Shown here piece after piece: positions 49,135 to 57,953 of a DNA stretch of 64,000 nt. A program made the translations under genes and the position numbers. Under the pieces are notes generated by a model. The model made no database searches and was not told where the DNA came from. It worked only from the letters and a program-made list of their open reading frames with translations. How positions within the stretch are numbered: the first letter of the stretch is position 1; each line of letters begins with the position of its first letter. The DNA is from Polyangiaceae bacterium (GTDB taxonomy: Bacteria; Myxococcota_A; Polyangia; Polyangiales; Polyangiaceae): contig JBILLK010000001.1 in assembly GCA_044376115.1 (NCBI GenBank), forward strand, positions 384,001 to 448,000, given 5' to 3'.

Positions 49135-49165
49135 GCGGTACGCAGCGTCGTGCTACGGGTAGCCG

Positions 49166-49576
49166 TTGCTGTTCGAGTCGGTTGGGGAAGAGTTTGAGCG
49201 GGTTTCTGCGGGGCGGTGCGAGGCTCAGTTCTATCGCGTGGGCCGCTCAACGCTCGTTACACGGGTAACCGGCTGCGCTGAGCCTGAGCTCATTGACGTT
49301 CTCATCCGCCGATCAGAGAGTCTGATCAAAGCGGTTGGGACGATCGAGGTGTTCCACGATTGGTTTGGCGTCACTGCCTACAAGTCCGAGGTTCGGACGC
49401 GCATGACCCCTTGGGCCAAGGCGACCTCCGCCAGTCACCGAGCCGTTCACATCGGCACGGAGTCTCGCGTGGTTCGCATGGGCATAACCATGGTCCAATT
49501 GGTCGCGGGCTCAAACATCATTGCCTATTCGTCGCTGACCGCGCTCGACGCCGCGCTGCGCGCGAGTCGACGCTAA
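49166..49576 (+). CDS. Small hypothetical protein (STAS/SEC14-like alpha/beta fold suspected)
   Basis: VFHDW.GVTAY.SE.R...W, HI....R.V.MG; TTG start uncertain. Confidence 0.55.
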   Translation: MLFESVGEEFERVSAGRCEAQFYRVGRSTLVTRVTGCAEPELIDVLIRRSESLIKAVGTIEVFHDWFGVTAYKSEVRTRMTPWAKATSASHRAVHIGTESRVVRMGITMVQLVAGSNIIAYSSLTALDAALRASRR

Positions 49577-49597
49577 CGCGCGAACAGTTAGCCTCGC

Positions 49598-50236
49598 TCA
49601 CAGCTTCGTCCGAAGCTCGCGGGGCTCGGCGAACTCTAGGTCCTCATGATCAGCGCCGACCTCCGCAGCTGCCGAAACGAATCGCTTCGACCCCAAGAGT
49701 TCGACGCGCTCGGTACTCGAAGCACTCGTGTCTTGACGCCTTTGCTGACGACGGCGCCCCCACTCGAATGCAACCATGGCAAGGAACGTCGTCAGGACGA
49801 GCAGCCCGTGATGGAACCCTGCACGCGGCGCCAGGGCCGGGAAGTTACTGAAGACCACCCACGCGAGGTTCTTCCAGACAACCGCGGCCCCTGCCCCCAC
49901 CGTGGCTGCGAGCCCCGCAAAGAGCAAACTCGCGCCGCGATCCATTTTCGCGAAAGCGCGCCACAGCAACATGAACGGCATCGCAGCAGAGAGCCCCACA
50001 GCGACGAACCAAAGCGGCGCAATCCCAATCAACGCTGCGACAGGAAACCAAACTGAGACCATGAAGGTCAGGGCCACGCCCCAGGTGCGGTTACGCTGGG
50101 CCGCCAGCGTTCCCAACAAGATGAGCCCCGCCGCAAAGACGGTGACCCACCTCTCATACGCGAGGCTTCGAAGCAGCGTCGCTGCCGCAAAAAATTGGGC
50201 CAGGGAGAGCCATGGACGAATGCGGTCTAACAGCAC
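49598..50236 (-). CDS. Integral membrane protein
   Basis: About six hydrophobic segments; TAGGCT 6 nt upstream of GTG. Confidence 0.7.
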   Translation of the reverse strand: MLLDRIRPWLSLAQFFAAATLLRSLAYERWVTVFAAGLILLGTLAAQRNRTWGVALTFMVSVWFPVAALIGIAPLWFVAVGLSAAMPFMLLWRAFAKMDRGASLLFAGLAATVGAGAAVVWKNLAWVVFSNFPALAPRAGFHHGLLVLTTFLAMVAFEWGRRRQQRRQDTSASSTERVELLGSKRFVSAAAEVGADHEDLEFAEPRELRTKL

Positions 50237-50315
50237 CTCGGAAGCCTAGACCCGAGCGGGGAATGTGCCAGCGCGGCCGCGGTTGTTGTTCTGCTGGATG
50301 GCGCGTTCGCTACGA

Positions 50316-50867
50316 CTACTCGACAATCCCTCGCTCATGCATCAAGGCGGCAAGCGTCCGGCTGCTCGTCTTGAACCAGTTCGCGAGGTCGGCCACATCA
50401 GCGTCGGTTAGGCCACCGCTGGGGACCAGGACCTGCGAAAAGAGGGTGGCTAGACGCGACTTCTGATTGCAGATGTGGCGCACGTCGGAGCCGATCTCGG
50501 TGTGAGCGGTGACGGCCTGCGCGCAGGTTACGTTGGGCTTGAGGTTGTAACTCGTAATCAGCAGCAACCAAGGAAGATCATCCACCGCCGCTTGTGGAGC
50601 GACCTTGAACTCATTCTTTTCACAAATGGTCTGCTCACCTGCGTTGCACTTGAAGCCCGACCGCTTGAGTGACTCAATCAGCGAGCCAAGCAATTTGTCC
50701 TTGGTGCCAGGCATGATCGCCGCGACAGGAGCCTTCTCAACCACGGGAGCGGCAGAGGCTTCCGGACAGGCGGGCGGTGGCGCAGCTGCGCACCCCACGG
50801 TCAACGAGACCGCGCCGACTGCTACCAGTCCGGAGACCCTACCGCTGATCGCACTGGAAAATTTCAT
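50316..50867 (-). CDS. Hypothetical lipoprotein
   Basis: TVGC lipobox, paired Cys. Confidence 0.6.
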   Translation of the reverse strand: MKFSSAISGRVSGLVAVGAVSLTVGCAAAPPPACPEASAAPVVEKAPVAAIMPGTKDKLLGSLIESLKRSGFKCNAGEQTICEKNEFKVAPQAAVDDLPWLLLITSYNLKPNVTCAQAVTAHTEIGSDVRHICNQKSRLATLFSQVLVPSGGLTDADVADLANWFKTSSRTLAALMHERGIVE

Positions 50868-50993
50868 GCGCGCGGCGGTAGCACGCACAAGCCGATGCGT
50901 CGATCCGCAGCCTCGCAGCCCCAATCGATCGCTCTCCTACAACGCCGAAGGCCACCTTCTGGGTGGCCCTTACGGCAAGCTCGGTCGGCGAGC

Positions 50994-51449
50994 TCAGTTG
51001 GAGGCTGCGGCCTCGCTTCCCTTGTCCTTCTTCCCCTTCTTGCCCTTGCCTTCTCCCTTCTTCCCCTTGTGCTTGCCGCGCAACTCTTTGGCGACCTTCC
51101 GCACTTGCTTGGCCTCGTCGGCGGTTACGGTGCCGTCTTCCCCGGCGGCTTTGGCTGCAGCACGAACTTGCTCAGCGGTAGCGGAAAACTTCGCGAGGAC
51201 TTCCTTGCGCTTCTCATCCGAGACGTTGCGCTCCTCGAGCCGCTTGGTCACCCGCTCCTCCGCCTTGGCGATGCGCCCATTCACCTTCTCCAGGAAGGTA
51301 TCGGCCTTCATTGGGAACTTCTTCTCATGGTCCTTATCGCCCTTCGCCAGCGCGGTGCTTTCGTCAGTATTGGCCCCCGCGAAAGCGAGCGCGGGAACAG
51401 CTGCGAGACCGAGAGACACGAGAGCCACTTTGATCCATGAGCGCGACAT
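50994..51449 (-). CDS. Secreted highly charged helical protein
   Basis: AGGAGG RBS, signal peptide ending AFA, Lys/Glu-rich body, DGTVTADE loop. Confidence 0.75.
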   Translation of the reverse strand: MSRSWIKVALVSLGLAAVPALAFAGANTDESTALAKGDKDHEKKFPMKADTFLEKVNGRIAKAEERVTKRLEERNVSDEKRKEVLAKFSATAEQVRAAAKAAGEDGTVTADEAKQVRKVAKELRGKHKGKKGEGKGKKGKKDKGSEAAASN

Positions 51450-51498
51450 TTGTGAGTTCCTCCTGAGCCACCGTGTTTGGCGACTTCGTTTCGGTCAA

Positions 51499-51514
51499 TG
51501 CAGCTTGAGTGCCA
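51499..51514 (-). promoter_or_regulatory. Candidate sigma54 promoter of 50994..51449
   Basis: TGGCACTCAAGCTGCA with GG/GC at -24/-12 spacing, about 50 nt upstream of ATG. Confidence 0.5.
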
Positions 51515-51641
51515 AACCCAACTAAGCTGTTTTGCGCTGAATTCGGCGCCCCACAGCCCGCGCAGGCGCGGAGCCGGACGCGCAGCGAAGTACAGTTGCG
51601 GCAGCTGCTCCGCACCAGGGCGCCAGTGGTATGGGAAATCC

Positions 51642-52283
51642 ATGCGCCGAACGCAGCGGCTCTTCGCCCTTACGGAGTACCTCCGCGGCCGCCGCACCGG
51701 CGTTACCGCTGAGGCGCTTGCCCGTCGCTTCGGAGTGACGATCCGGACGATGTACAGAGACCTCGATTCGCTACGTGAGGCCGATCTTCCGCTTGGCGCC
51801 GAGCGTGGTCGCGGCGGAGGCTATGCGCTCGATCGCAACTACACGCTGCCGCCCGTCAACTTCACCGCACGAGAGGCCGCTGTGATGATGGCCATTGGCC
51901 AGTATGCGATCGATCTCCGCTTGGTGCCCTTTACCAACACCCTGCGCGCCGGCCTCGAGAAGCTCCGTTCTGCGTTATCCACCTCAGCGCAGCGCGAGCT
52001 ATTGGCGCGCCTCGAGGAACTCAAGTTCCTCGGCGTACCGACCTATCCCATCGATGCGATGGTGCGAGACGCGGTCGAGCGCGCCTGGTTCGAGAACCAA
52101 CCCATCCGCATCACCTACGTCGATGGCGATCAGGTCGAGACGAACCGCGACCTGCGCATCCGCAGCGTGATCATGGATCGCCATGAGACGCGGCTCGATG
52201 CCGAGGATCTCGCGAGCGGAGAGCGAAGGCACTTCCGTCTGGACCGAATCACCCGCGCCAAAGTCCTCAGCGACACAGCGTGA
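51642..52283 (+). CDS. HTH-WYL transcriptional regulator (YafY-like, short, no WCX tail)
   Basis: TAEALARRFGVTIRTMYRDLDSL, G..GGY, LPP..FT..EA, RHFRLDRI. Confidence 0.88.
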   Translation: MRRTQRLFALTEYLRGRRTGVTAEALARRFGVTIRTMYRDLDSLREADLPLGAERGRGGGYALDRNYTLPPVNFTAREAAVMMAIGQYAIDLRLVPFTNTLRAGLEKLRSALSTSAQRELLARLEELKFLGVPTYPIDAMVRDAVERAWFENQPIRITYVDGDQVETNRDLRIRSVIMDRHETRLDAEDLASGERRHFRLDRITRAKVLSDTA

Positions 52284-52318
52284 ATTCGACGACGCGGCGC
52301 CCACTGCCGAGCCGATGA

Positions 52319-52355
52319 AAAAGCAAAAACCCCGGGGGCGGTTGCCTCCGGGGTT
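52319..52355 (-). terminator. Intrinsic terminator downstream of tRNA-Met, possibly bidirectional
   Basis: AACCCCGGGGGC-GGTT-GCCTCCGGGGTT hairpin with a T-rich tail on the minus strand. Confidence 0.75.
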
Positions 52356-52365
52356 GCCTTCATCT

Positions 52366-52442
<77 letters not shown>

Positions 52443-52482
52443 CGCGAAACATAGTCGGACCGGATTCTGTGTCAACGACTTG

Positions 52483-52818
52483 TTACGAGGAGGATGAAGA
52501 TTCTGTTGCAGGCCCATCGGTCGGTGGCCTTTCGTCGCTCGCTGCAGCTTCCATGGCTTCGGCCACAACGAGAGCGCCATCTGCCACCGCAGCAACCACG
52601 GTGGCCACCCCACGAATCGTCATGAACGTGCTGGCCGAAGCGAGCGAATGAACCGTCCTCACCAACCGCGCCGGACCAGCAACGACCGGAACGGCCTCCA
52701 AGATGTCGTAGGTGCGGTCACGGTAACGATCACCAACCTTCTCGATGGCGCGCGAGCCGTGCAGCACACCATCACGCAACAAAGCGACGGCTCCGCGTGC
52801 TCGCTTCACGAGAGCCAC
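52483..52818 (-). CDS. Small hypothetical protein downstream of lipase-like gene
   Basis: 111-aa ORF overlapping the upstream stop. Confidence 0.55.
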   Translation of the reverse strand: MALVKRARGAVALLRDGVLHGSRAIEKVGDRYRDRTYDILEAVPVVAGPARLVRTVHSLASASTFMTIRGVATVVAAVADGALVVAEAMEAAASDERPPTDGPATESSSSS

Positions 52819-53738
52819 TCGCGCAAACGCTGGTAAACGCCATCGTCCGCTAGCAGGGCCGTATGGCTCAGCCCCTCGAAGACCTGCACGTATTCCTGCG
52901 GGAACGTTGGACTGCGATCACGCGCCGTCGCGTGGCCCAACGCACTGCGCGGCTGAACCAAGGCATCCCCGAACAGGGCAGCGAGCCGTGGGTCCTTGGG
53001 CAACACCCCTGCGATCAGGTGATGTCGAATGGAGGTTAAAAGCGGAACTGGATGCCTGCGGTTTTGCAGCAGCTCATTCGCATCGCCGTCTCGCCAATCT
53101 TGCTCGTGAAGGCTGCCGTAGCGCAGATCTTGGATGCCCTCACTGCGCAGCGCGATGATGTCACCGAGCAACTCCGTCACCGGGTCGGCGAGCACGGTCC
53201 CCGTCTTACGCAAGAACCACGTCAACACATTGCCGGCTCGTTCAAGGGGAGCGCCGAGATGCGGCGAACCGATGTAGACGGCGCTCTTTACCTTGGTCAG
53301 CCAAGCTGCTGAACGTTCGGCTGCGGTGTGGGTAGCGCTGCGGATCACCAAACCGCCCATGCTGTGCCCAATCAGGATCAACTCTTCCAGCGCATCACCC
53401 ACCCGCGCGACCAAAGCCTCCAGCAGGTGATCCAACTGAAACCCGTTCTCGGAGATGTGTCGCCCGCTGTTGTACCGCACGTAAAGCGGCTTCAAACCGA
53501 GCTCTTCCTCGAGCCTCTTTGCGTAGCTTTCGCCAAACATCGACCAGCAGCCCTCGGTCGCCATGAGCCCATGAACGAACAGCACCATGCGCTTCGCTGG
53601 GACGATGCGCTCGGGGGGGACGGGCGCGCCATCCACGATGAAGGTGAGGTCGATGGCGAGGCCGTTGGACGTGCGCTGCAGGTAGTCCCCAACCAGCCCA
53701 TTGAGCGCTCCCACCACCGCGTCCACGTCTGCCTTCAT
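52806..53738 (-). CDS. PGAP1-like alpha/beta hydrolase (lipase/esterase)
   Basis: FVHGL, RYNSG.HI..NG, GHSMGG, GSPHLGAPL, GDALV, terminal His. Confidence 0.88.
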   Translation of the reverse strand: MKADVDAVVGALNGLVGDYLQRTSNGLAIDLTFIVDGAPVPPERIVPAKRMVLFVHGLMATEGCWSMFGESYAKRLEEELGLKPLYVRYNSGRHISENGFQLDHLLEALVARVGDALEELILIGHSMGGLVIRSATHTAAERSAAWLTKVKSAVYIGSPHLGAPLERAGNVLTWFLRKTGTVLADPVTELLGDIIALRSEGIQDLRYGSLHEQDWRDGDANELLQNRRHPVPLLTSIRHHLIAGVLPKDPRLAALFGDALVQPRSALGHATARDRSPTFPQEYVQVFEGLSHTALLADDGVYQRLREWLS

Positions 53739-53770
53739 GCGCGGCTCACCCTAAGCGTGATTGGGGTCGC

Positions 53771-54157
53771 TCATTGAGGTGAATTGCCGGGCGTTGGTGC
53801 AACGCCGTAGAGCGGCACAACTTCGGGTTGTGGTGGCTGTTGCGTCGTGGCCGGAACACCATACTTGGGTGCGGATTCTGGGATCTCGTTGGTGGTGGCC
53901 GGCACGCCGTACTCAGGCGCACTCACTGGTGGCTCGGTACCCGTCGCGGTGGGCGCGGGCTGACCGTCATTGGGTGGCGGGTTGGCTGAACCGCAAGCGG
54001 TGAGCAATGCAGCGCTCGAAAGGCCAAGCAAAACAGCAATCGCCGTACGGGCGATAGCGCCATCAGCATTGCGCAAGGTGGTGGCACAGTGAGGGCACGT
54101 AAGCTCGGCGAACTTTACTGCGCATGCACACGAGGGACACGCAACGAGGGTCGGCAT
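53771..54157 (-). CDS. Zinc-ribbon lipoprotein with three YGV(P/A) motifs
   Basis: CPSC....CPHC, LTAC, APEYGVPA / APKYGVPA / VPLYGVAP. Confidence 0.75.
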   Translation of the reverse strand: MPTLVACPSCACAVKFAELTCPHCATTLRNADGAIARTAIAVLLGLSSAALLTACGSANPPPNDGQPAPTATGTEPPVSAPEYGVPATTNEIPESAPKYGVPATTQQPPQPEVVPLYGVAPTPGNSPQ

Positions 54158-54241
54158 GGCGGCAGCTTTCGTCCGTCCATTGCGGTCGTCAAGCGTGGCC
54201 GAGCTTTCCGACCTTCGTGCGAGCCGTGGTAGCCTCAGGCG

Positions 54242-54862
54242 ATGTATCGGCGAATCGTGCCCGTCCTTCTTTGCTGCCTTTCAGGCTGCGCGCTGGAGTC
54301 GCTCGACCCGGAAGCTTCGCAAGTTACGTATTGGGGCAAAGTAGAGAACTCCGACGCGGTGATCGCTGTCACGCTCACAGACCGAGCCGCCGTCGCTTAC
54401 GTTTGCGGCGGCGAACTCACGCGCGACACACACACCCGTTGGTACTCAACTGAGTTGGCGCAGCCCTTGATTGACGGCTCCTCGCTCGTCCTTGACGCAA
54501 CCAACGGTCAGCAACTCGAGCTGCAGCTCTCCGCGGATTCTCTGGCTGGCAGCTACGTCGATCGTGATGGTGCTTCGTTCAACTTTGACGCAGTGGCTCC
54601 CTCGCAAGGAGAATTTCACGGTCTCTACACAGTCGTGGATAGCGGTTGCCGCACTGGGGTGATCGTCAACATCGATGCCTCGAGCAACAGCGAGGTACAG
54701 GGCGCCTGGTGCAACGAACTGGGGATCTTCGAGCAGGTCACGCCCATCGCCCCGTTGAGTCAGGGGATCGATTCCTTCGAAATTGCGGTGGTCCCGGCCA
54801 CGGCAGCAGGCGGTGCAGAGAAGCGGCTTACGGTCGTGTCGGTCGATCCCAACGGATTCTGA
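54242..54862 (+). CDS. Hypothetical lipoprotein
   Basis: LSGC lipobox, beta-rich body. Confidence 0.65.
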   Translation: MYRRIVPVLLCCLSGCALESLDPEASQVTYWGKVENSDAVIAVTLTDRAAVAYVCGGELTRDTHTRWYSTELAQPLIDGSSLVLDATNGQQLELQLSADSLAGSYVDRDGASFNFDAVAPSQGEFHGLYTVVDSGCRTGVIVNIDASSNSEVQGAWCNELGIFEQVTPIAPLSQGIDSFEIAVVPATAAGGAEKRLTVVSVDPNGF

Positions 54863-54871
54863 TCGACGGTC

Positions 54872-57466
54872 GTGAACACGAACTCAAAGCGACCTCCCAG
54901 CGGCAGGTCTGGCCGCAAGGGAGCAACCAAGCCGAGCTCCTTTGTTGGCCGCAGTCAGGAGCTGAGGGAGCTACGAGCGCTCCTGAACGACGCTGAACGC
55001 GTAGTCGTCGTTTGTGGGCCGCGCGGCGTCGGAAAAACGCGACTCGTGCGAGAAGCGCTCAAGAAGCTGGGCGCCTTGTGGCTCGACGTCGCCGATCTTC
55101 GCTCACTCGACGGGCTCGCGGCTCGTGCAGCGGAAGCGCTCGGTATACCGCTTGGATCGGCACGGAGTGAGGACGACCGCTTGCGGCAATTGGGTCGAGC
55201 GTTGGCAGCTGGCACTGAGAGCGTGGTGGTCATCGATGGCGCCGACACGCTAGGAGACAAGCTCTGGACTGCTATGCAGGTCTGGCTGAGCGTTTCGCCT
55301 AAGCTCCAATTCGTCGTTACCGCGCGTGATGGCCTTCAATCAGCGGGCGTTCACTACGCACTTGGGCCGCTAACGAGCAGGCGCAAGGGAGTTCACCCGG
55401 GCGTTCAACTCTTTCTAGAGCGCTGTCAGCAACTCGGCACGCCGACGGCCGCGCCCGAAGCAGCGGACCCGCTATTGGAACAATTGGTAAGGGCGTTGGA
55501 AGGGATGCCCCTGGCCATAGAGATCGCTGCGACCCGCTACGAAAAGCTTGGGTTGCGGGGCCTCACCGAGCCTCTTTCAGACCGTGGCATGAGCATTCAG
55601 GCCGCCATTAAGTGGTCATGGGATGGGCTCTCGTTCGACCTCCAATCGGCCTTGGCTGGTCTAGCCGTCTTTGGCGGGAGCTTCACCCTGGACGCGGCAG
55701 AAGCGGTGCTTTGCCTGTCCGAGCCAGATCAGGTGGGTGAACGGATCGGCCTCCTGGAGGCGGAGGCGTTGCTCGTTCGAACTACGCAAGGCGAGACCGG
55801 GGAGCGAATTTCTCTTGATGAGAGCGTGCGCTCGTTTGCCATGGAGCGCTTGGCTGAGTCCGGCGAACTCGAGAGGGCCACGCTGCGGCACGACAGTTAC
55901 TTCCTCGAGCTGGGAAAGCTGTTGCTAGAGCGCGTGGAGCGCTACGGGGATATTCACGCTCGAGCACAGTTGGCGAGCGAGCTCGAGAACTTCCTTGCGG
56001 TTCATGAGCGCGCACTGCTTTCTGATAACTACCCCCAAGCACTGACGAGCCTACTCATCGCTGATGCCGTGCTTGCGACCCAGGTATCCGCACAGGTTCG
56101 GCTTGACCTATGGAGCGCACTGCAGCGCCGCTACGGCCACGAGCTCTCCTCGGAGATCGAGCTGAGGGCCGGTGTGGGCCGCGCCCTATCCGAAGCGGGC
56201 CGACTCGAGGACGCTCGACCCCATCTCGATTGCGCAGCCCACCTCGCGGAACAACGCGGGTCCATTCGGGCGGCGCATCTCTTCGTCGACCTAGGGTTGG
56301 TCTTTCATCACACCGGAAGGCTGCAGGAGGCCCGCGAGACGTACGCTCGCGCGCTCGAGCTCGAAGCTGGTCAGCCCGACGAGCGCTTGCGCGCACGCGC
56401 GTGGGGAAACCTAGGCGCAGTGCTGCATGACGAGCGAAAGTTCGATGGTGCTCGCCGTAACTACGAACGCTCTCTGGCCCACGCTCGCAACGTTGGGGAC
56501 GCTCGAATCGAGGGCGTCATGTTGACCAACCTTGGCGTACTGGAGCAGGAGTTGGAGGAACTCGATCGCGCCGGGGAGTGCTTCGAAGGAGCGATGCGCC
56601 TACTCGAGCAAGCCGCGGATCGACGGCTCACTGCGATCGCGAAAAGCAACCTTATGACGTTGCTGATGGAGACGGGGGACCTCGAGGGTGCGCGCTTCTA
56701 CGGCGAGGCGGCCCTCAGCGAACAACGGGCAATGGGCGACCTGAAATCGCTGATTCTGGTGCGGGCGCGGCTCGCAGCGCTTTATTCGCTGTTGGAAGAC
56801 AAGCGACGAGCGACGTTGGAACTCGAGGAAGCCGGGCGCCTGACTGCAGAGTTGCGGGATGAGTCGGCTGCCGCCGTCTTGGAGGTTGCTTCTCAGTTCT
56901 TGGCGCTTTGCGACGCGGCTTCGCCGCAGTCGGTGTTGGCCAACGTGCAGGAAGTGGCAACAGGGCTACGCAGTGACGGCCTGTCCAAAGGGGACCGCTC
57001 CGACGAGGTTCGTACGTTGGTTCGAATCGCCGAGAAATACGTCAAGAAGCACAAGCCGGGCGTCGAGCAAGCGACCAGCCCCGACGCGCTGTTGGTTTCA
57101 CCGGACGCGACGTGTCTACGCCCACCACGACGCAAGTGGATGCAGCTCGAGATGAAGAGCCCGGCCCAGCGAATATTTGCTGCGCTGCTTGAGCACCGCA
57201 CTGTCGACCCAGAGCTTGGCCTGTCGATGGATCAGCTCGCCAGCGCGGGCTGGCCGGACGTCGAGCTACCCACTCCTGTACGTGCGAGCCGCGTTTATGC
57301 AGCTATCGCGGTACTTCGTCGTAGCGGTTTGGAAAGTCTCGTCGTTCGACGCCCTGGCGGGTACCTGCTCGACCCTGAACTGCGAGTGATTCACGCCTCA
57401 CCAAAGGCTGAAGAGCGAGCGGCGCTGCTCGCGCCAAAGAGGCGAAAGTCGATGCATACGCCCTAA
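54872..57466 (+). CDS. STAND-type NTPase with TPR repeats and C-terminal winged-helix-like domain
   Basis: FVGR..EL, GPRGVGKT, VVIDG, LEGMPLAIE, WSW..L, TPR NLG motifs, LA..GWP...R.Y.AI..LR...GY.L. Confidence 0.85.
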   Translation: MNTNSKRPPSGRSGRKGATKPSSFVGRSQELRELRALLNDAERVVVVCGPRGVGKTRLVREALKKLGALWLDVADLRSLDGLAARAAEALGIPLGSARSEDDRLRQLGRALAAGTESVVVIDGADTLGDKLWTAMQVWLSVSPKLQFVVTARDGLQSAGVHYALGPLTSRRKGVHPGVQLFLERCQQLGTPTAAPEAADPLLEQLVRALEGMPLAIEIAATRYEKLGLRGLTEPLSDRGMSIQAAIKWSWDGLSFDLQSALAGLAVFGGSFTLDAAEAVLCLSEPDQVGERIGLLEAEALLVRTTQGETGERISLDESVRSFAMERLAESGELERATLRHDSYFLELGKLLLERVERYGDIHARAQLASELENFLAVHERALLSDNYPQALTSLLIADAVLATQVSAQVRLDLWSALQRRYGHELSSEIELRAGVGRALSEAGRLEDARPHLDCAAHLAEQRGSIRAAHLFVDLGLVFHHTGRLQEARETYARALELEAGQPDERLRARAWGNLGAVLHDERKFDGARRNYERSLAHARNVGDARIEGVMLTNLGVLEQELEELDRAGECFEGAMRLLEQAADRRLTAIAKSNLMTLLMETGDLEGARFYGEAALSEQRAMGDLKSLILVRARLAALYSLLEDKRRATLELEEAGRLTAELRDESAAAVLEVASQFLALCDAASPQSVLANVQEVATGLRSDGLSKGDRSDEVRTLVRIAEKYVKKHKPGVEQATSPDALLVSPDATCLRPPRRKWMQLEMKSPAQRIFAALLEHRTVDPELGLSMDQLASAGWPDVELPTPVRASRVYAAIAVLRRSGLESLVVRRPGGYLLDPELRVIHASPKAEERAALLAPKRRKSMHTP

Positions 57467-57526
57467 GTGCGTGGCAGGGGGTCGTTCAGCGAAGACAAGC
57501 GACCATGGGTCCGATAGAAATGGAGC

Positions 57527-57928
57527 GTGGTCCGTAAGCGCCGTCCGCACGTGGCAACACCCGATGAAGTTCGAATCTCGCGCGAGGGAGACTTTGCGAT
57601 CATCGAGTACGTGGATCAGTCCATCGAGACCACGCAATATCGTGTGGGCGCCGATACGCTTGCGCGTATGACGGATGAGGACATCCTCTCGCTCTGGAAC
57701 GCCGGGCTGGCGACCCATGGCGAGGAGTCGGGGCGTTCGCGACGCGACATGTCGAGTTCGGTTCGGAACAACGAGTTGATTGGTGTCGTGGAGGCGTTTC
57801 CGAACGCCCCCAACCAGCCTTTCTTGTTGGTCGAGGGGCGTGTTTATACCCCCATGGAGCTTTGCTCTTTGTTGGGGAACCACCTCGGCTGGGAGGTCAC
57901 CTTGTCATTCAAAAAGAAGGCCGAGTAA
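57527..57928 (+). CDS. Hypothetical protein
   Basis: GGAG upstream of GTG; 133-aa ORF. Confidence 0.6.
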   Translation: MVRKRRPHVATPDEVRISREGDFAIIEYVDQSIETTQYRVGADTLARMTDEDILSLWNAGLATHGEESGRSRRDMSSSVRNNELIGVVEAFPNAPNQPFLLVEGRVYTPMELCSLLGNHLGWEVTLSFKKKAE

Positions 57929-57953
57929 GGTTTTCTGAGATAGATTGGCCGGG

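Larger units (their letters stand above)
48644..49135 (+). ncRNA. Putative large structured ncRNA with two circularly permuted tRNA-like domains
   Basis: No credible ORF; canonical T-arm GCAGG-TTCGAAT-CCTGC, two 7-bp acceptor-like stems followed by D-arms, nested long-range helices, terminal hairpin. Confidence 0.75.

Noticed and set aside
48644..49135. tmRNA, RNase P RNA or SRP RNA
   Set aside because: No alanine-type acceptor (GGGG..G3-U70/CCACCA) or tag ORF, no RNase P GAGGAAAGUCC motif and no SRP core motif; two tRNA-like domains are present
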